A DNA stretch of 64,000 bases from Ylistrum balloti. Lineage: Eukaryota. Made by a program: the position numbers and the translations under genes. Positions 1-12,204 of the stretch are shown piece after piece; the first letter of the stretch is position 1; each line of letters opens with the position of its first letter. A model generated the notes under the pieces. That model had not been told where the DNA came from. It did no database searches and saw only the letters and a program-made list of their open reading frames with translations. The stretch lies in the NCBI RefSeq assembly GCF_031769215.1, contig NW_026782315.1, positions 372,001 to 436,000 on the forward strand, given 5' to 3'.

Positions 1-3
1 TTA

Positions 4-1276
4 CTACCGATGAAGGGAAGGTGTGAACGACACACTTACTATAGTATTGAACAAAGTATTGATACTATTGTATTGAAGTATTCAAATAATCGAGTCAAGT
101 ATACAACGACCTCTGTGATTGGTCGGGGGCGGAGTTTAGACAACCTGAATAGTTGATCTGACACCCAATTTGTTCCGGTAGGCGGAGTTAATGTACACTA
201 TCAGTTACATAACAAGTACTAAGTAATCGCTGGAAAAATGTCCGACGACGGCAACAGTACGCAAAATTTTCTTCGACGAAATTATGTCCGATACGAACGA
301 TATGGGGAATCCTGTTTTTGTACAAGGCGATGTGGTTGTGATGGATAATTGTGGATTCCATCACCATAGACAGGGAGAGCGCATTTTAAGAAATATGCTG
401 AAAGAATATGGCGTGTCCCTGGTTTTTCAGCCGCCTTATTCCCCGGAATACAACGTAACTGAATATGTATTCAATGTCATGAGACAGAGGCTTCGGGCAA
501 ATATACCCGACTTGTGTCAGAATTTCTGGAACTTGCAGTAGTAAATGCTCTAGATATTCCGCCCAACCAACTTCAAAGTTTTTTCACATGTTGCGGATAT
601 GTATAATTTTCGATGGAAAGATAAAAAATAAAATAAAAAATATATGGGACCACAGAATTCCTTTATTTTTTAATGCAGTATGAATTATCGGCATATATCA
701 GGAGGTCCCAGGTAATTCGTAATTCTTTGTTACATATAATAGAGCTTGGGCTTAAACCGAAATATTTTGAGCCAACCCTCCCCCCCCCCCTTCAAAAAAA
801 TAAATAAATAAATAAAACTAGTACAGAATGACTATGTGACTACATTCACTGTTAAGATGTTATGAATTCTCCGGTCCCAGTGATCTAACCTGTTGATATA
901 TATTTTGTACGTAAATTAGTTTAGTACTGAGTAACTTTCGTTTTCTCGTTGTACCATCGATGGAAAAGCAAAGTATCATTGGGTGTAGAACGAAACAAAT
1001 GGGACAACCCAATTAGGTCTGATCTGAAGCCACCTGTGACTTGGACTCTTCCAATTAACCTCTCGCGACAGTCGAGTGTTTGTAAAATGCCGATGTCTGC
1101 ACAGTATTTTTTCACCTGGCTCCACCCACAATCGATCTAGACTTGGCTCTGCCAACCAGAGAGCTTGTTGCATAAATTTAAGGAATTCGATTGGTGAAGT
1201 ACTTCAATACAATACTATCAATACTTTGTTCAGTACTACAGTACTTGAAACGTTCACACCTTCCCTTCATCGGTAG
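4..1276 (+). mobile_element. Non-autonomous IS630/Tc1/mariner DNA transposon with ~90-bp imperfect terminal inverted repeats and TA target-site duplication
   Basis: 4-29 (CTACCGATGAAGGGAAGGTGTGAACG) is the exact reverse complement of 1251-1276. Imperfect complementarity continues over about 30-92 vs 1188-1250. TA flanks both ends (2-3 and 1277-1278). A DDE transposase fragment lies inside. Confidence 0.85.
240..606 (+). pseudogene. C-terminal fragment of an IS630/Tc1-like (DDE_3-type) transposase with two frameshifts
   Basis: VVVMDNCGFHH...FQPPYSPEYNVTEYVF is the second-D to E catalytic region, with 38 residues between D and E. After a frameshift near 495 it continues LVSEFLELAVVNALDIPPNQLQSFFTCCGYV*, a typical Tc1-like C-terminus. 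The N-terminal DNA-binding region is absent. Confidence 0.85.
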
Positions 1277-4200
1277 TAAATACATGTGATGAAAGCTTTT
1301 TTCTAAAAATAAAAACCTGCAAAGAACATGCATGAGCTACCACCCCATGGATTTAGCTTTTAGACAGACATGCTATCACTTATAAATATATATCACACAG
1401 CATCATTTTTTTTTCGAATATACATTGTTTTGGTTTCATCAAAAGTGACAACGAAAAATCGGGAAAGTGAGCCCTTGCAGGTCTAATATTTTACACAAAC
1501 ATACTTCATTATTAGAAAATGACAATCGTTAAACAATCGTACAGGTTGAAACACAAACGGATAATAAAGTATTTCAATATTTAGGTGTACCTAACAGTAA
1601 CGTTTTGTTATATAAGCCAGCATATTTACACAACTTCACAAGTTAACCTTCCTTGATAACAGTAAGATAATCCCTGTGTGCTTAAAGTGTATTATCACTG
1701 TGATAAAAATGTTCCCTATACATAAAGCACCTGGACTATGTACTTCAGAGCCTAGTCATCTTTATGATACATAATCACAAATAATAACCACCTTCCATTT
1801 TTACAGAAATCTTGCCATTCAGAATCAGGCCAGTTTTACCTGGATGATATTTGATAATCCAATGAAATACAGTTGATTGCTATTTTTCTAATATTTCTCA
1901 AGGACAGAATAAAAAATTCAAGTTAATGTAACATACCACATACCTAAGTAATAAAAGCAGCTTTCCTCTTTAGAATGGAATGTGAAGATAACATATAATT
2001 CATTATTTCTCAAAGTGTTTGCTCTTTGTTTTTCTAGATGGAAGACTGACATAATTGGTGATGGACAATTTTAGTGTAAATTTAACTTAAAGGAAGTCTG
2101 TGTAGAATGATCACTATTGACTTTCTCACAAAGGTACCCTTCATTGTACCTTCATCTCTGTGAACAAGTGATCATCAACAACACATAATCTCCTTTATCA
2201 TCTCATTATTTACAGATAAATTTAATATCCTGATTGCTGATATAATGCCCATCAACCAACATTATGACTTTCACATGGGATTGTCAGATAAAAACAATAC
2301 TTTCTATGCATATATATCTGTGTGTCTGATAGATGTGGGCATGTATATGGTGACCATGGAAATTATCTTGACGGGTCTGATACAAAATAAATATTCCTTC
2401 GAAAGTTTGAAGTCCCTTTAAACATTTCTGTTCATCTATCACAATAAAGTGTTAACATGCATATATTATACCTGTACTGAACAGTACTGTAACCCCTACC
2501 ATTTAAATCGACTGGGGGAGTCATTCTTTGGTGTATATGTATGTACAGTACACTGCATAGTCTCAAAAGTAGAGATAAATAGATTTGCTATCAATAATTT
2601 TTGAGAATTCAATATTTGAGACCTGGACTCATACTTTTCCTGTGAGGCTCATTCACATTATGAGAACCCCATACATCGCTTTGTAATGGGACATGTCAAA
2701 ATTTTAGAAATGGCAGGAGCTCTGGGCTCACAAAAAAAATCCTACAAAAATTGCTGGTTATTACTCTGGACCAGAAAATGTAGTTTTGGAAGTGGGTTTT
2801 TAGCAGGAGGAATAAGGTACTACACACTTAGTTGTACACTGTACATTTTGCTGTCCATCCAACATGTTAATTAGGTTTACATAGGTATCTTCATAGTCAA
2901 TCTATTGGGAAAAGTTGATGTAGCATATCATAGCCATTTAACAATGCATTTAATTGTTAAATTTCTGGGTGACCTGCCTATTTCAAGACACATATGACTA
3001 TACTTTATAAATTGTAATAAAAACCTTTCAACAAAACAAGTGATAAACAGAAGTACAAAACCTTAATGCACAGGTCCCAATTATTCACAGCTTGATTAAC
3101 CAGTGGTTAATGAAAATTTCAAAATATGAATCAAACATAATTAGCATATTCTTTATCATTTAATCTGATATGTTTTGTATGTCATTTGAACTTTGAAAGT
3201 GATTGGGTTTTTTATGGTAACAATTGAAACTTTTCATTAACCATTTAATAACTCCAACCAAGCCCTGATCATCTGGGGCCAAATATCAAAAGATGTAATA
3301 AATTTTAACCTACAGGTAATCAATATCGTAAAAGATGATATCATCTAATCTCGACTAAGATTTTAAAATATTAGACTGAGACACAAAACATACACAAATT
3401 AGATATATTTTCCACTTTAGTATATGGTAGACATAAAAGGTTTATGATCTAGACATATATATATCAATGTACACATAATTTCATTATTTTAACCAACAGA
3501 TGTTATAGACTTGTGTATAAGTTTAACCCTGAACAGGAAGTCCATCAGTATTTTGGGGTTCATTACAACATGAATCAGGGTTTATTTCTATAAGAAGGAT
3601 GTTGATATCTCTACACATACTAAATGTACTGCATGCTTCTCACATTTGGATCAGATCAAATAAAAAAGGGAGACTAATTTCCTCTATTAGGGTATATCTA
3701 ACATGTATTGAAGCAAAATCTTTTATTTACTTCTTCAGTTGTAACAATATTATACAAAGCAAAACGTGCAGAACAACAAATGTGCAGGGATTCTATAAAA
3801 TAATCTTTTATACACTATTGATTTTTTACATCAACTCTCAAACACAGGGACCAATTGTAATGCAACTAAAATTGCTAAACAATTGATATTCATGTATTTT
3901 TCTCTTGACACCATTTTGTACTGCTTGACCCCTGCATTATCCAACTAGAAAATGTCTATAAGGCAAGATAAGACCTTGTTCTCATGCATGTAAGTACATG
4001 TATCAATTTTTGAACAAATTTCTATATAAACGAATTGGTGACTTTGATCTTGAAACCCTGAATCTAAGATACTGTCACTGGTAAATTCTGCATAAAATTT
4101 TATCAAAATCCCTGAGGACAGACTGGGCAGGACAGACTGGGCAGGGCTGGGCAGGACATGGGTAAAACACTAATACTAATATTAACTGATGGGGGAAAAA

Positions 4201-5795
4201 TAAAATAAGTAACCTGAATCTGTCAATCACTTCTTAATTACATACTTTGTTGAAATGTTTTTGTTCCCGATCAAATCAGCTCATTATTTGACTTCTTGTA
4301 CTGCAGGTGTATCAACTAATACATAGTGAATTGTCAGACAGTTTACATATTTAACACTATGGCAGATGTTAGATGTTAGTTGACGTATAATTAGTTGGTA
4401 ATCTATCTATTATCTCAAAGTTAAGGATTCTTAGTCCAAAATAAAGAAAAGGAAGAGTTCACAACTTGATTTATTTTCAGTTTTACCAGTATTTTCAATC
4501 TTAAAGCATCCTAAAACGTCTGAAACCTATCAGAACCAGAATCCAACCACAGAAATACTTATCGTGAAATAACAGTGCTTAGAGAGATGAAATACTTTTT
4601 ACCTAATTAACTATCACTAAACCTGAGCCTTTATGAAATTCTAAAGTATTATTTTGAAGGGTTTCTTTCTGATATAAAATTTTCACTTCTTAAATTCCAT
4701 GGAGTTTCCAAACTTAAATATTTAATGTTTAAGTTGGACTAAGAATCCTTACAATAATTAGAAACACAACTGTGGACATGTATGGCACAATATAATGTTT
4801 AACCTGTACTGCACCTCAATGATATGCTGAAATAAAACAGATCAATATTTTAATTCCACTGAAACATCCCATTTCAGGTTATATGGAATGGTTCACCTGG
4901 AAAACAACCTGCACAACCATCAAGTATTGCTGCAGAATCTTTCTATTTTCAATGCCATCTTTATGATCCAAAGGGTTTGCTCTCAATACCACATGTCTAT
5001 CTATCTTGCATACTAAAATTTTCCTCTGAAAGAATGAAACTCCAGCCAGGCCTAAATGCCAACAGGTGGACAACAGGTGTTTAGAAGCTTGAGAACAGTG
5101 ATGGAATCCTGTAAACTCTCAGGGTAAATTATCCTTTGATGATTGATAAAACTGACTTGTGTAACAACATGAAATGGTAAACGACTAACTAGCTTTGATT
5201 TTAAGGTACTTAAACATTTGAATATCCTCCAAGCACTGTTCCCGTCTTCTATCAGACGGCTGATGGATCAGATTGTCTATTTTGAACCAGTCAAATAGCT
5301 CTAACCCAGAAATATTGGACTCTGTCATTAGAAAAATAACAGAGTGCAGAAAAGACATGTTTACTGAAAATATCAAGAGTACAAACTTGGATTTGAAGAA
5401 GCATGATTATTGTATTGTTAACCCCAGGCTTTCCAGTAGTAAAACTCCAATATCCTTTCATCCTATCATATTCCCATGTACTTCCATTTTAGTAAGCATT
5501 AATGTTCAGCTTAGAAATAGATAAAAATGGTTGCTTCATCTTACTAAGATCTTTCATTAGATTCTGGGAAAATACAGGATTACATTAGTATCGAAATGCA
5601 CACTTACTTAGTAATAAGAAAGTCTTGTAAGCACACTGATTCAATTTAAGTTGATGGGCAAACGTTTGTTAGTTAACCATATATTGAGAAAAACTCTGAG
5701 ATGAGCCTAAGGTATCAGAATATTTCATGACTTCCTTTATACTTTCATTTTTAAATGTTATTAAATGAAAAATATCAAAAAGTGTGGGAATATTA

Positions 5796-5803
5796 TTATA
5801 TTA
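5796..5803 (-). CDS. Candidate short terminal coding exon of the LHFPL gene (adds L-I-stop); one of several candidates
   Basis: Nearest strong minus-strand acceptor downstream of the 6184 donor (gtctgttgcctttacag|TAATATAA); a phase-1 join gives ...EEK-L-I-*. An alternative acceptor at 4827/4826 gives S-Y-H-*. Confidence 0.3.
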
Positions 5804-6184
5804 CTGTAAAGGCAACAGACACCACATCTTTTCATGAAGTCACTGAGATACAGGTGTGATAAAAGAGAGTTTTACAATGCCATTTAAAATCTAAAAAGAG
5901 TCTAGATAATTTAGACTCTAGGAAAACAGATGTACATGATATCACTCTACATATGTAAGAAGCACTTTGATAACTTTTGTTTCTTGGAAATGAATTAAAA
6001 AATCCGAAGATTTTATATGTCAGTGCATTGGTGAGATTGGCAGAAATAGACAGATACTTGTACGATATGATATTGTTTCCCTCTCATCTACACAACTTTA
6101 TAGCAAATGAAATAGAGAAATCATTGAAAGTACTAACAGAGGAATATTTCTTACATAACAATCATGTATTTCTGAATCACTTAC

Positions 6185-6415
6185 ATTTTTCCTCTTTATA
6201 CTTGGGCAAGAGGTTAGCTTGACGTTTAGCTAACATGAAGGCAAGGAATGACAAAACGAAACCATCGAAGATCAGCACAATAGATAGAATGAAAGCCCAT
6301 CTCATGTTACATCTCCCCCAGTTGTATTTGGCAGCTTCCTTTCCACAGACTTTTCGGACCATTGGGTCATCCCAACCACTTGGATAAACAATACACCCAG
6401 TCATGATACAAAGGG
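6185..6415 (-). CDS. LHFPL: LHFPL tetraspan subfamily (LHFPL3/4/5, TMHS-like), coding exon 3
   Basis: LCIMTGCIVYPSGWDDPMVRKVCGKEAAKYNWGRCNMRWAFILSIVLIFDGFVLSFLAFMLAKRQ matches the LHFPL YPxGWD...C...Y..G.C..RWAYIL pattern. Acceptor ttacttcag at 6416, donor gtaagt at 6184; phase 1/1, in frame with exon 2. Confidence 0.95.
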
Positions 6416-7434
6416 CTGAAGTAATAAAACAGATTAAGAGTAAACATGCATTATACAAAAATTTCTAAACTAAAATCATCTTCTAAACGGGAGTCAATTT
6501 TTTAAAAATTGGTCTGTGAAAAAGTCATATGCAGTGATTTTGGTGTATCGCATAAATGAGCAGATTTAAAACAAAATTAAAAAAAAACAACTTTAAATTT
6601 TCCAAAACATTATTTTCCAAGATAATGTTTCAGGTGACTGAACAACAATCTTTTCTTCTCCACTCCAAGGTAGTTTTACTTAGAACATCCCTAAAATCAT
6701 TTGTTCCTGTACTGCTAAGTTGTTAAAAGTTTCTCAGTTGTTTTTCTAAATGTAGAGGAACTTATTTGAGTTTCCATTCATGTAAGATTTAGAAAACAAG
6801 ATCAAATTTTTTGTTTTACTGAGCCTCTACTTTGGCAAAATACAAAATTGTAAAGAGTTCCATAACTTAAATCATTTTGCATATATACTTGAAAGTAGCA
6901 TTTTATAGTGAGCATGACACCCTTAAGTTATGACATCACCATGAAAACAATGGGAATCTTCAGCCCATCACGGCTCCTGTGGTTCATATTACACATGTAA
7001 TAACAGAAATGTATGTGGTGGACAGTATTACACTGACAACATGGTAGTATATATCTTCCTTATACATATAATATTATCAAATAGTCTGATAATAGCAAAA
7101 GCTTGAACAATAACAGTATTATAATATATTCAAGTGTTTTCCTCTTGAGAACAGACAATACTGTAGAAATCTTAATTATGTTTATATATGTAGGCCATGC
7201 ATGGGCTAATGTATTCATATTCAAATCCATGAACATAAAGACTGCCAAATATTTTCTGTTGTCTATCTGTAACAAATCTCTGTATAAAACACATTTTTTG
7301 ATATCTTAGCTAGCTATAGAAATTCAAAACATTATTTTTTTTACCATGCAGGATATACATGTTCCGGAGTTTTGGTCATGCAAAATTTGTTCTTTGGGTA
7401 TGTAATTTAAATGTTGTAAATAAATTATACTTAC

Positions 7435-7630
7435 AAGCAATTAATTGGAGCCAGCCACAGATCTTGAGGACTTTGTCTGCTTTGAGGAAGAAGAAGAGGA
7501 GTAGGCAGACAACACTGACGATGAACAGAAGTGCCGAAATGCCTACAAGCATACTGGCAGCACGGAAGGAATCATTAAGGATGGTGTCAAAACTCATAAA
7601 ATCTCCTTTACAAGAATAATCTCCATCCAC
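7435..7630 (-). CDS. LHFPL: LHFPL tetraspan subfamily, coding exon 2
   Basis: VDGDYSCKGDFMSFDTILNDSFRAASMLVGISALLFIVSVVCLLLFFFLKADKVLKICGWLQLIA. Acceptor ttaccacag at 7631, donor gtaagt at 7434; phase 0 in, phase 1 out. Confidence 0.95.
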
Positions 7631-7760
7631 CTGTGGTAAACATACATTAATTGAATTTTAGAAACAATTAACTAGCTATAGAGTAACATGCAAATCAATC
7701 CTTTTTACTTTTTAATCTACTTTAGTGATTTCAGTAAAACGATATGGTGACATCCACTCG

Positions 7761-8190
7761 TTACAGTGATATCACCATTCATTATAGTGATATCTCCTAT
7801 TCAGTACAGTGATATCACCTATTCATTACAGTGATATCACCTATTCATTATAGTGATGTCACCTATTCAGTACAGTGATATCGCCTATTCATTACAATGA
7901 TATCTCCTATTCATTATAGTGATATCACCTATTCATTAGTTATATCACCTATTCATTATAGTGATATTACCTATTCATTACAGTTATATCACCTATTCAT
8001 TATAGTGATATCACCTATTCATTAGTTATATCACCTATTCATTATAGTGATATTACCTATTCATTACAGTGATATCACCTATTCATTATTGTGATATCAC
8101 CTATTCATTAGTTATATCACCTATTCATTACAGTGATATCACCTACTCATTATAATGATATCATTTATATCTTACAGTGATATCACAGTA
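7761..8190. repeat. Minisatellite, 22-bp unit (CACCTATTCATTATAGTGATAT) with 20-bp variants, in LHFPL intron 1
   Basis: About 18 tandem copies read directly. The palindrome GTGATATCAC spans unit junctions. Scattered and inverted copies continue to about 8440. Confidence 0.9.
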
Positions 8191-8915
8191 TAAAATATAT
8201 ATGTAGGGGTTTGGTGAATGTCTTAATGATAACACAAAACCAAATTGAATAGGTAATATTACCATTATGAATGGGTGATATCTCCAAGTGACATAGTGAC
8301 ATCACCTATTCATTATAGTGATATCACAAATTCATTATGGTGATATTACCAATAAAGTTTGAATAAGTGGTATCACCATGACGAATAGATTATATAAATG
8401 TAATGAATAATAGGTGGTATCACTATAATGAATCTTAATATCACCTAACTGTGTAGCAATATCATTTCAGAGGAACCGAAAGTAATATTGTACCCCTCAT
8501 AGCAGAATCATCAACTAGTTGAAGGAGGCTATTACCAGCCACCTCTCTGTAGTGTACAGCTAATGATAATCAGCTCTTATTATTATTTTTTAATCTAACT
8601 GTTTATACAGCTGTCTGGCGTTCCGTTTTACTTTTCCTTTTTCGTGACATCCCTAAAACGATTAGGTGCTATCACCTATTTTTGGGTGAGAAATGAAATA
8701 CTTTCTTTAATGGACAGGTATTGTTATTTTGGATTCTATACTGGGGCTGGTGGATTACATTTCATTATCGTTTTTTAAGTTGTTTATTTCAAGTAAACTA
8801 TTTGATAACTTCCCAATAAATTATATAGACTTGTCAGTGCTAGTCTATCTTTTATCAAAGTCCGTGTTACAGATAATTACGGTAATTAACAAACCACTGG
8901 CCGTATCGTACGTAC

Positions 8916-9134
8916 CTGTAACGTTTCGCAGTATTCATACAGCCCAAAGAATCCTACCCCCGGGGATTCCGTTGTATCCCCGAGCCACTGAGCCTGTACA
9001 AAAGCAACGGCATTGAGGATAGCGAAACAGACGGTGAGAATGGCCCACATGACAGTGATAACACGGGAGGCCCATAGGTATTTGTTGTGTCGCAGTTTGG
9101 TCACCTCCGTCGAGTAAGCAATTTCCCGACTCAT
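8916..9134 (-). CDS. LHFPL: LHFPL tetraspan subfamily, coding exon 1
   Basis: MSREIAYSTEVTKLRHNKYLWASRVITVMWAILTVCFAILNAVAFVQAQWLGDTTESPGVGFFGLYEYCETLQ matches the LHFPL N-terminus (SR.I.V.W...T.CFAI.N.V.F.Q..W.GD...G.FGL..YC). Donor CAG|gtacg at 8915, phase 0. The three exons total 646 nt (about 215 aa). Confidence 0.95.
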
Positions 9135-9630
9135 TTTGTCGTTTTGTCCTTCCCAAATAACCCGATCGGATTCTGGTCTCCTCCCCCTCTTTCCTCTGGT
9201 GAGATGTTTGGGTGAGGTCTAGTTCTAGGTACTGGTTGACTTTCCTACCTCACTAGACAGGTGAGTTACTTACCTGGCTCAGGTGTAAACAAACACAAAA
9301 GAACCGGTTTGACGAGTCTATTTCTGTCACAAAACATGTACGAGTTGTCGTTCTTCGTACCTTACTTAAATGATTAAATTATAGGACACAATTTTAACAC
9401 AAACGTGACTTAAAAAACGTTCATTTAATTTCTGTATAATGGATAACTATATTTACCAGCAGAAACACAGAAAGTAGTAACCTTCCTGGTATTTCCGAAG
9501 ACGACACTATTTTTACTGAATTATCGAATTTTGATGTAAAAAGAAATAGGCTTAAACAGAGACTTACTTTTTTCTACTGTGGCTTGTCATAATCATTAGC
9601 GTTTCTTTAAGTACAATTATGGATAGATAT

Positions 9631-9633
<3 letters not shown>

Positions 9634-9685
<52 letters not shown>
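9634..9685. repeat. (GT)26 microsatellite upstream of LHFPL
   Basis: Perfect dinucleotide run read directly. Confidence 0.97.
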
Positions 9686-9688
<3 letters not shown>

Positions 9689-11414
9689 TATGCTGCCAAG
9701 TTAACCAGATTTTTTTTTGTATTTTTTTTTTACCGAATTTAGTTAACAAAAAGCAAAAGCTCTTAGCAGCTTATATTTCGACAAATAATATCAGCATAAA
9801 ACAAGACAAAACTTTTATCACAATAAAACATAGACTAAGTAACATGACTTACATAAACATTGCGATATTTAACTTACAAGCAATTTCGCAAATTAAATAA
9901 AGAAAATAAGACCACAAAAATGAATAATTATAATTGAAAGCAGCACTGCAGAATTTAAACATGCACACTACTCCTATTAAAGAAAAAAAAATAAAATAAA
10001 ATAAAAGTAGATGTTGAAACAAACTGCATAAGAAAAAGAATCTCAACATATCGCAAGCAATAAGTACCAAATATATACATACAACAAAAACATCATGCAT
10101 GTGGACATCTTGTCGTTGCGACAGTGCCTAAAATGGAACAATCCATCATGAAAGAATGCCTGTAAATTAAACACGTTTTCATGTATTACTATTTCTCAAT
10201 CTTATTTATCCGTTCAAACATTAATGCTTACCCCAGCCCCTTTTCCATTTTTCTTTTATAAATGTGACAAGACTAAATTGCATTTCGCACAGAACCATTT
10301 TCCCCTACCCCCTTTTTAACACGTCGTTATTTTATTTATTTATTTATTTTTTATATGTAGACAGTAAGCAAGCTTTTATGAGGGAAGTATATGAAATTGC
10401 TCCAATCAATTACTACTGAAAATAGCATTTGGATCTATAACTCGGCGAAACACTTACTATTCAGATGAAATTTTACTGTTGCATCGCATACGTGATAAAT
10501 GTTCCTTTTTGTGTAGTGTCATAATTTCCAGTGACGTTACTTGTCATTTTTTGCGATTCTAGGTCGGGAAAGTTGTGCTTGTCGTGTGGTGTGATGGTTT
10601 TAATACTGTATAAAGCAAACAGGTTTCTGTTCCAATCCTTGGTATATAAATATATCACGTTCCGAGATAAACTGTTTTGTTAAATTGACATTTCTGGAAG
10701 TTCTATAGTTTTATTTCAGCTACAACCAACAACAGTTTCAAACCAGCATCCATTTATGCACATTTGGTCCAAATCTATACTTTAAAAATACTTGCATTAT
10801 ATTGTTGTAAATGCAACAAGTATAGACACAACGGTTTAAGATGTTTAATTTACCTGTAAAATTAACACCAGATCCAAGCTAAATATTTGCACCTCAACCA
10901 TATCCGCCACCCTTTTCAGAAACCTTGTATTTGCCTCTGTGTACTCGATACAGTTTCCGTTTTTGGAAAGACATTCAGCCTACCATGGTTTAGCATTGTA
11001 AATCATCTTTTCCTTCATATCAGGCCAACGTTTTTTGAAACATTGAAAACAATTTGAAGGATTCTCCAACAGTTTTCAATGAACATTCTGTTTCCGTTTG
11101 AGTATAAAACTAGACGTGTTCGATTCTCTAGTAGGCGTAGTGATTTCTTTAAAGTATGGCGTTTATCCTTCTTACATGGATTGACCAAGAATTACATGGT
11201 GGGTGTACTTATCATCTGTACCTCGTGACAAAAATCGAGGAAGGGGTCGTAGTGCTCACGTACGTAGATATACTTTGGTCAAATTTCATATATCAGTCAA
11301 GCATTGGAATACCTCGCGCGTTAGTATTTCAGAGTGCTATTTTCAGAGTAATCCTTGTCAGCGTTTATGTGGCGTACATCTCTTGGGGAATAGTGGTTTC
11401 ACATACATACCGAT

Positions 11415-11760
11415 AGGGTCAAGGTCACCGTTCATGTTATTACCTGTATCCTTATCAGCACTAGAACGAATAAGAGTTTGAGGGTTGCACGGCAAAGGTC
11501 AAAGTCACCGTTACTATTTTAGAAATTCCTTATCAGTGCTCCAACGGCTTCATTTCTTGATGCAGTTTGGTAAAAGTTCACGATCTTCTAAAGGACCTTT
11601 AAATCGATTTTCAGAGTTGTAAATCGTTAATATTTCAAAAAGTCCTTATCAGTGTTCTGGCGGTTAATCAAACCTCATTCCGGACGACTTCAGAGTTTCA
11701 GGATTATATTCTCGAGGTCATCGTTACTTTGTTTTCAGAATTACTCACCAGCGCTATCGT
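11415..11760. repeat. Degenerate repeats containing AAGGTCAAGGTCACCGTT / CCTTATCAG motifs, resembling bivalve Helentron- or satellite-related remnants
   Basis: The motif block recurs three to four times. The family assignment is recalled resemblance only. Confidence 0.4.
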
Positions 11761-11904
11761 GATTCATTCCTTATGAGACTGTGGTGGAATCACAAGCAGA
11801 TTTGTATCGTCTTCCTTGTTCGATTTGGAGTTCCAATAAACTTTTTAATGTTTCAGTATATCATTATTTTTGTTCTTCTTTCTTATAGTAGGTATTCCCC
11901 AAGA

Positions 11905-12204
11905 GCCGATATGATGATCATGATCTATTACATGACCAGAGACTGAAATATATGGGCTGTGGGGTTTTCAAAATTTTGAAAAAATTTGAAAATCTGCCTA
12001 TGATTTCAGGAGAGATTACACAGCAATCTTGGTGTAAAATCTTAAAGGTATGGCCATAAATCATTCTCTTATGAGGCTGCCCGGATGTTGAACAGCCTCC
12101 CAAACAAATTGCAGAGATGTGAATACTTTCCAGAATTCCGGAGGCTGATCCACACCTGGGATGGTCCCATTTGTTCTTCCTCGATCTGTGCGAAGAAGAA
12201 TTGA
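11905..12204 (+). mobile_element. 3' end of a CR1/L2-group LINE ORF2 (decayed)
   Basis: Conceptual translation across a frameshift: LLHDQRLKYMGCGVFKIL...YDFRR...RYGHKSFSYEAARMLNSLPNKLQRCEYFPEFRRLIHTWDGPICSSSICA, the characteristic C-terminal tail of invertebrate CR1-type RT proteins. Confidence 0.75.

Noticed and set aside
284-541. IS630-like ORF as evidence of bacterial contamination or recent horizontal transfer
   Set aside because: It is frameshifted, lies within eukaryote-style TIRs with TA duplication, and is contiguous with spliced animal genes. IS630-like DDE domains are common in invertebrate ITm elements.
4880-5524. Protein-like fragments on the plus strand (e.g. LNILQALFPSSIRRLMDQIVYF; ORF 5273-5524)
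   Set aside because: Many stops, no recognisable family and no consistent splice signals; cannot be distinguished from decayed repeat or LHFPL 3'UTR.
9619-9900. 93-aa ORF with a VCVCVC run
   Set aside because: Translation artefact of the (GT)n microsatellite.
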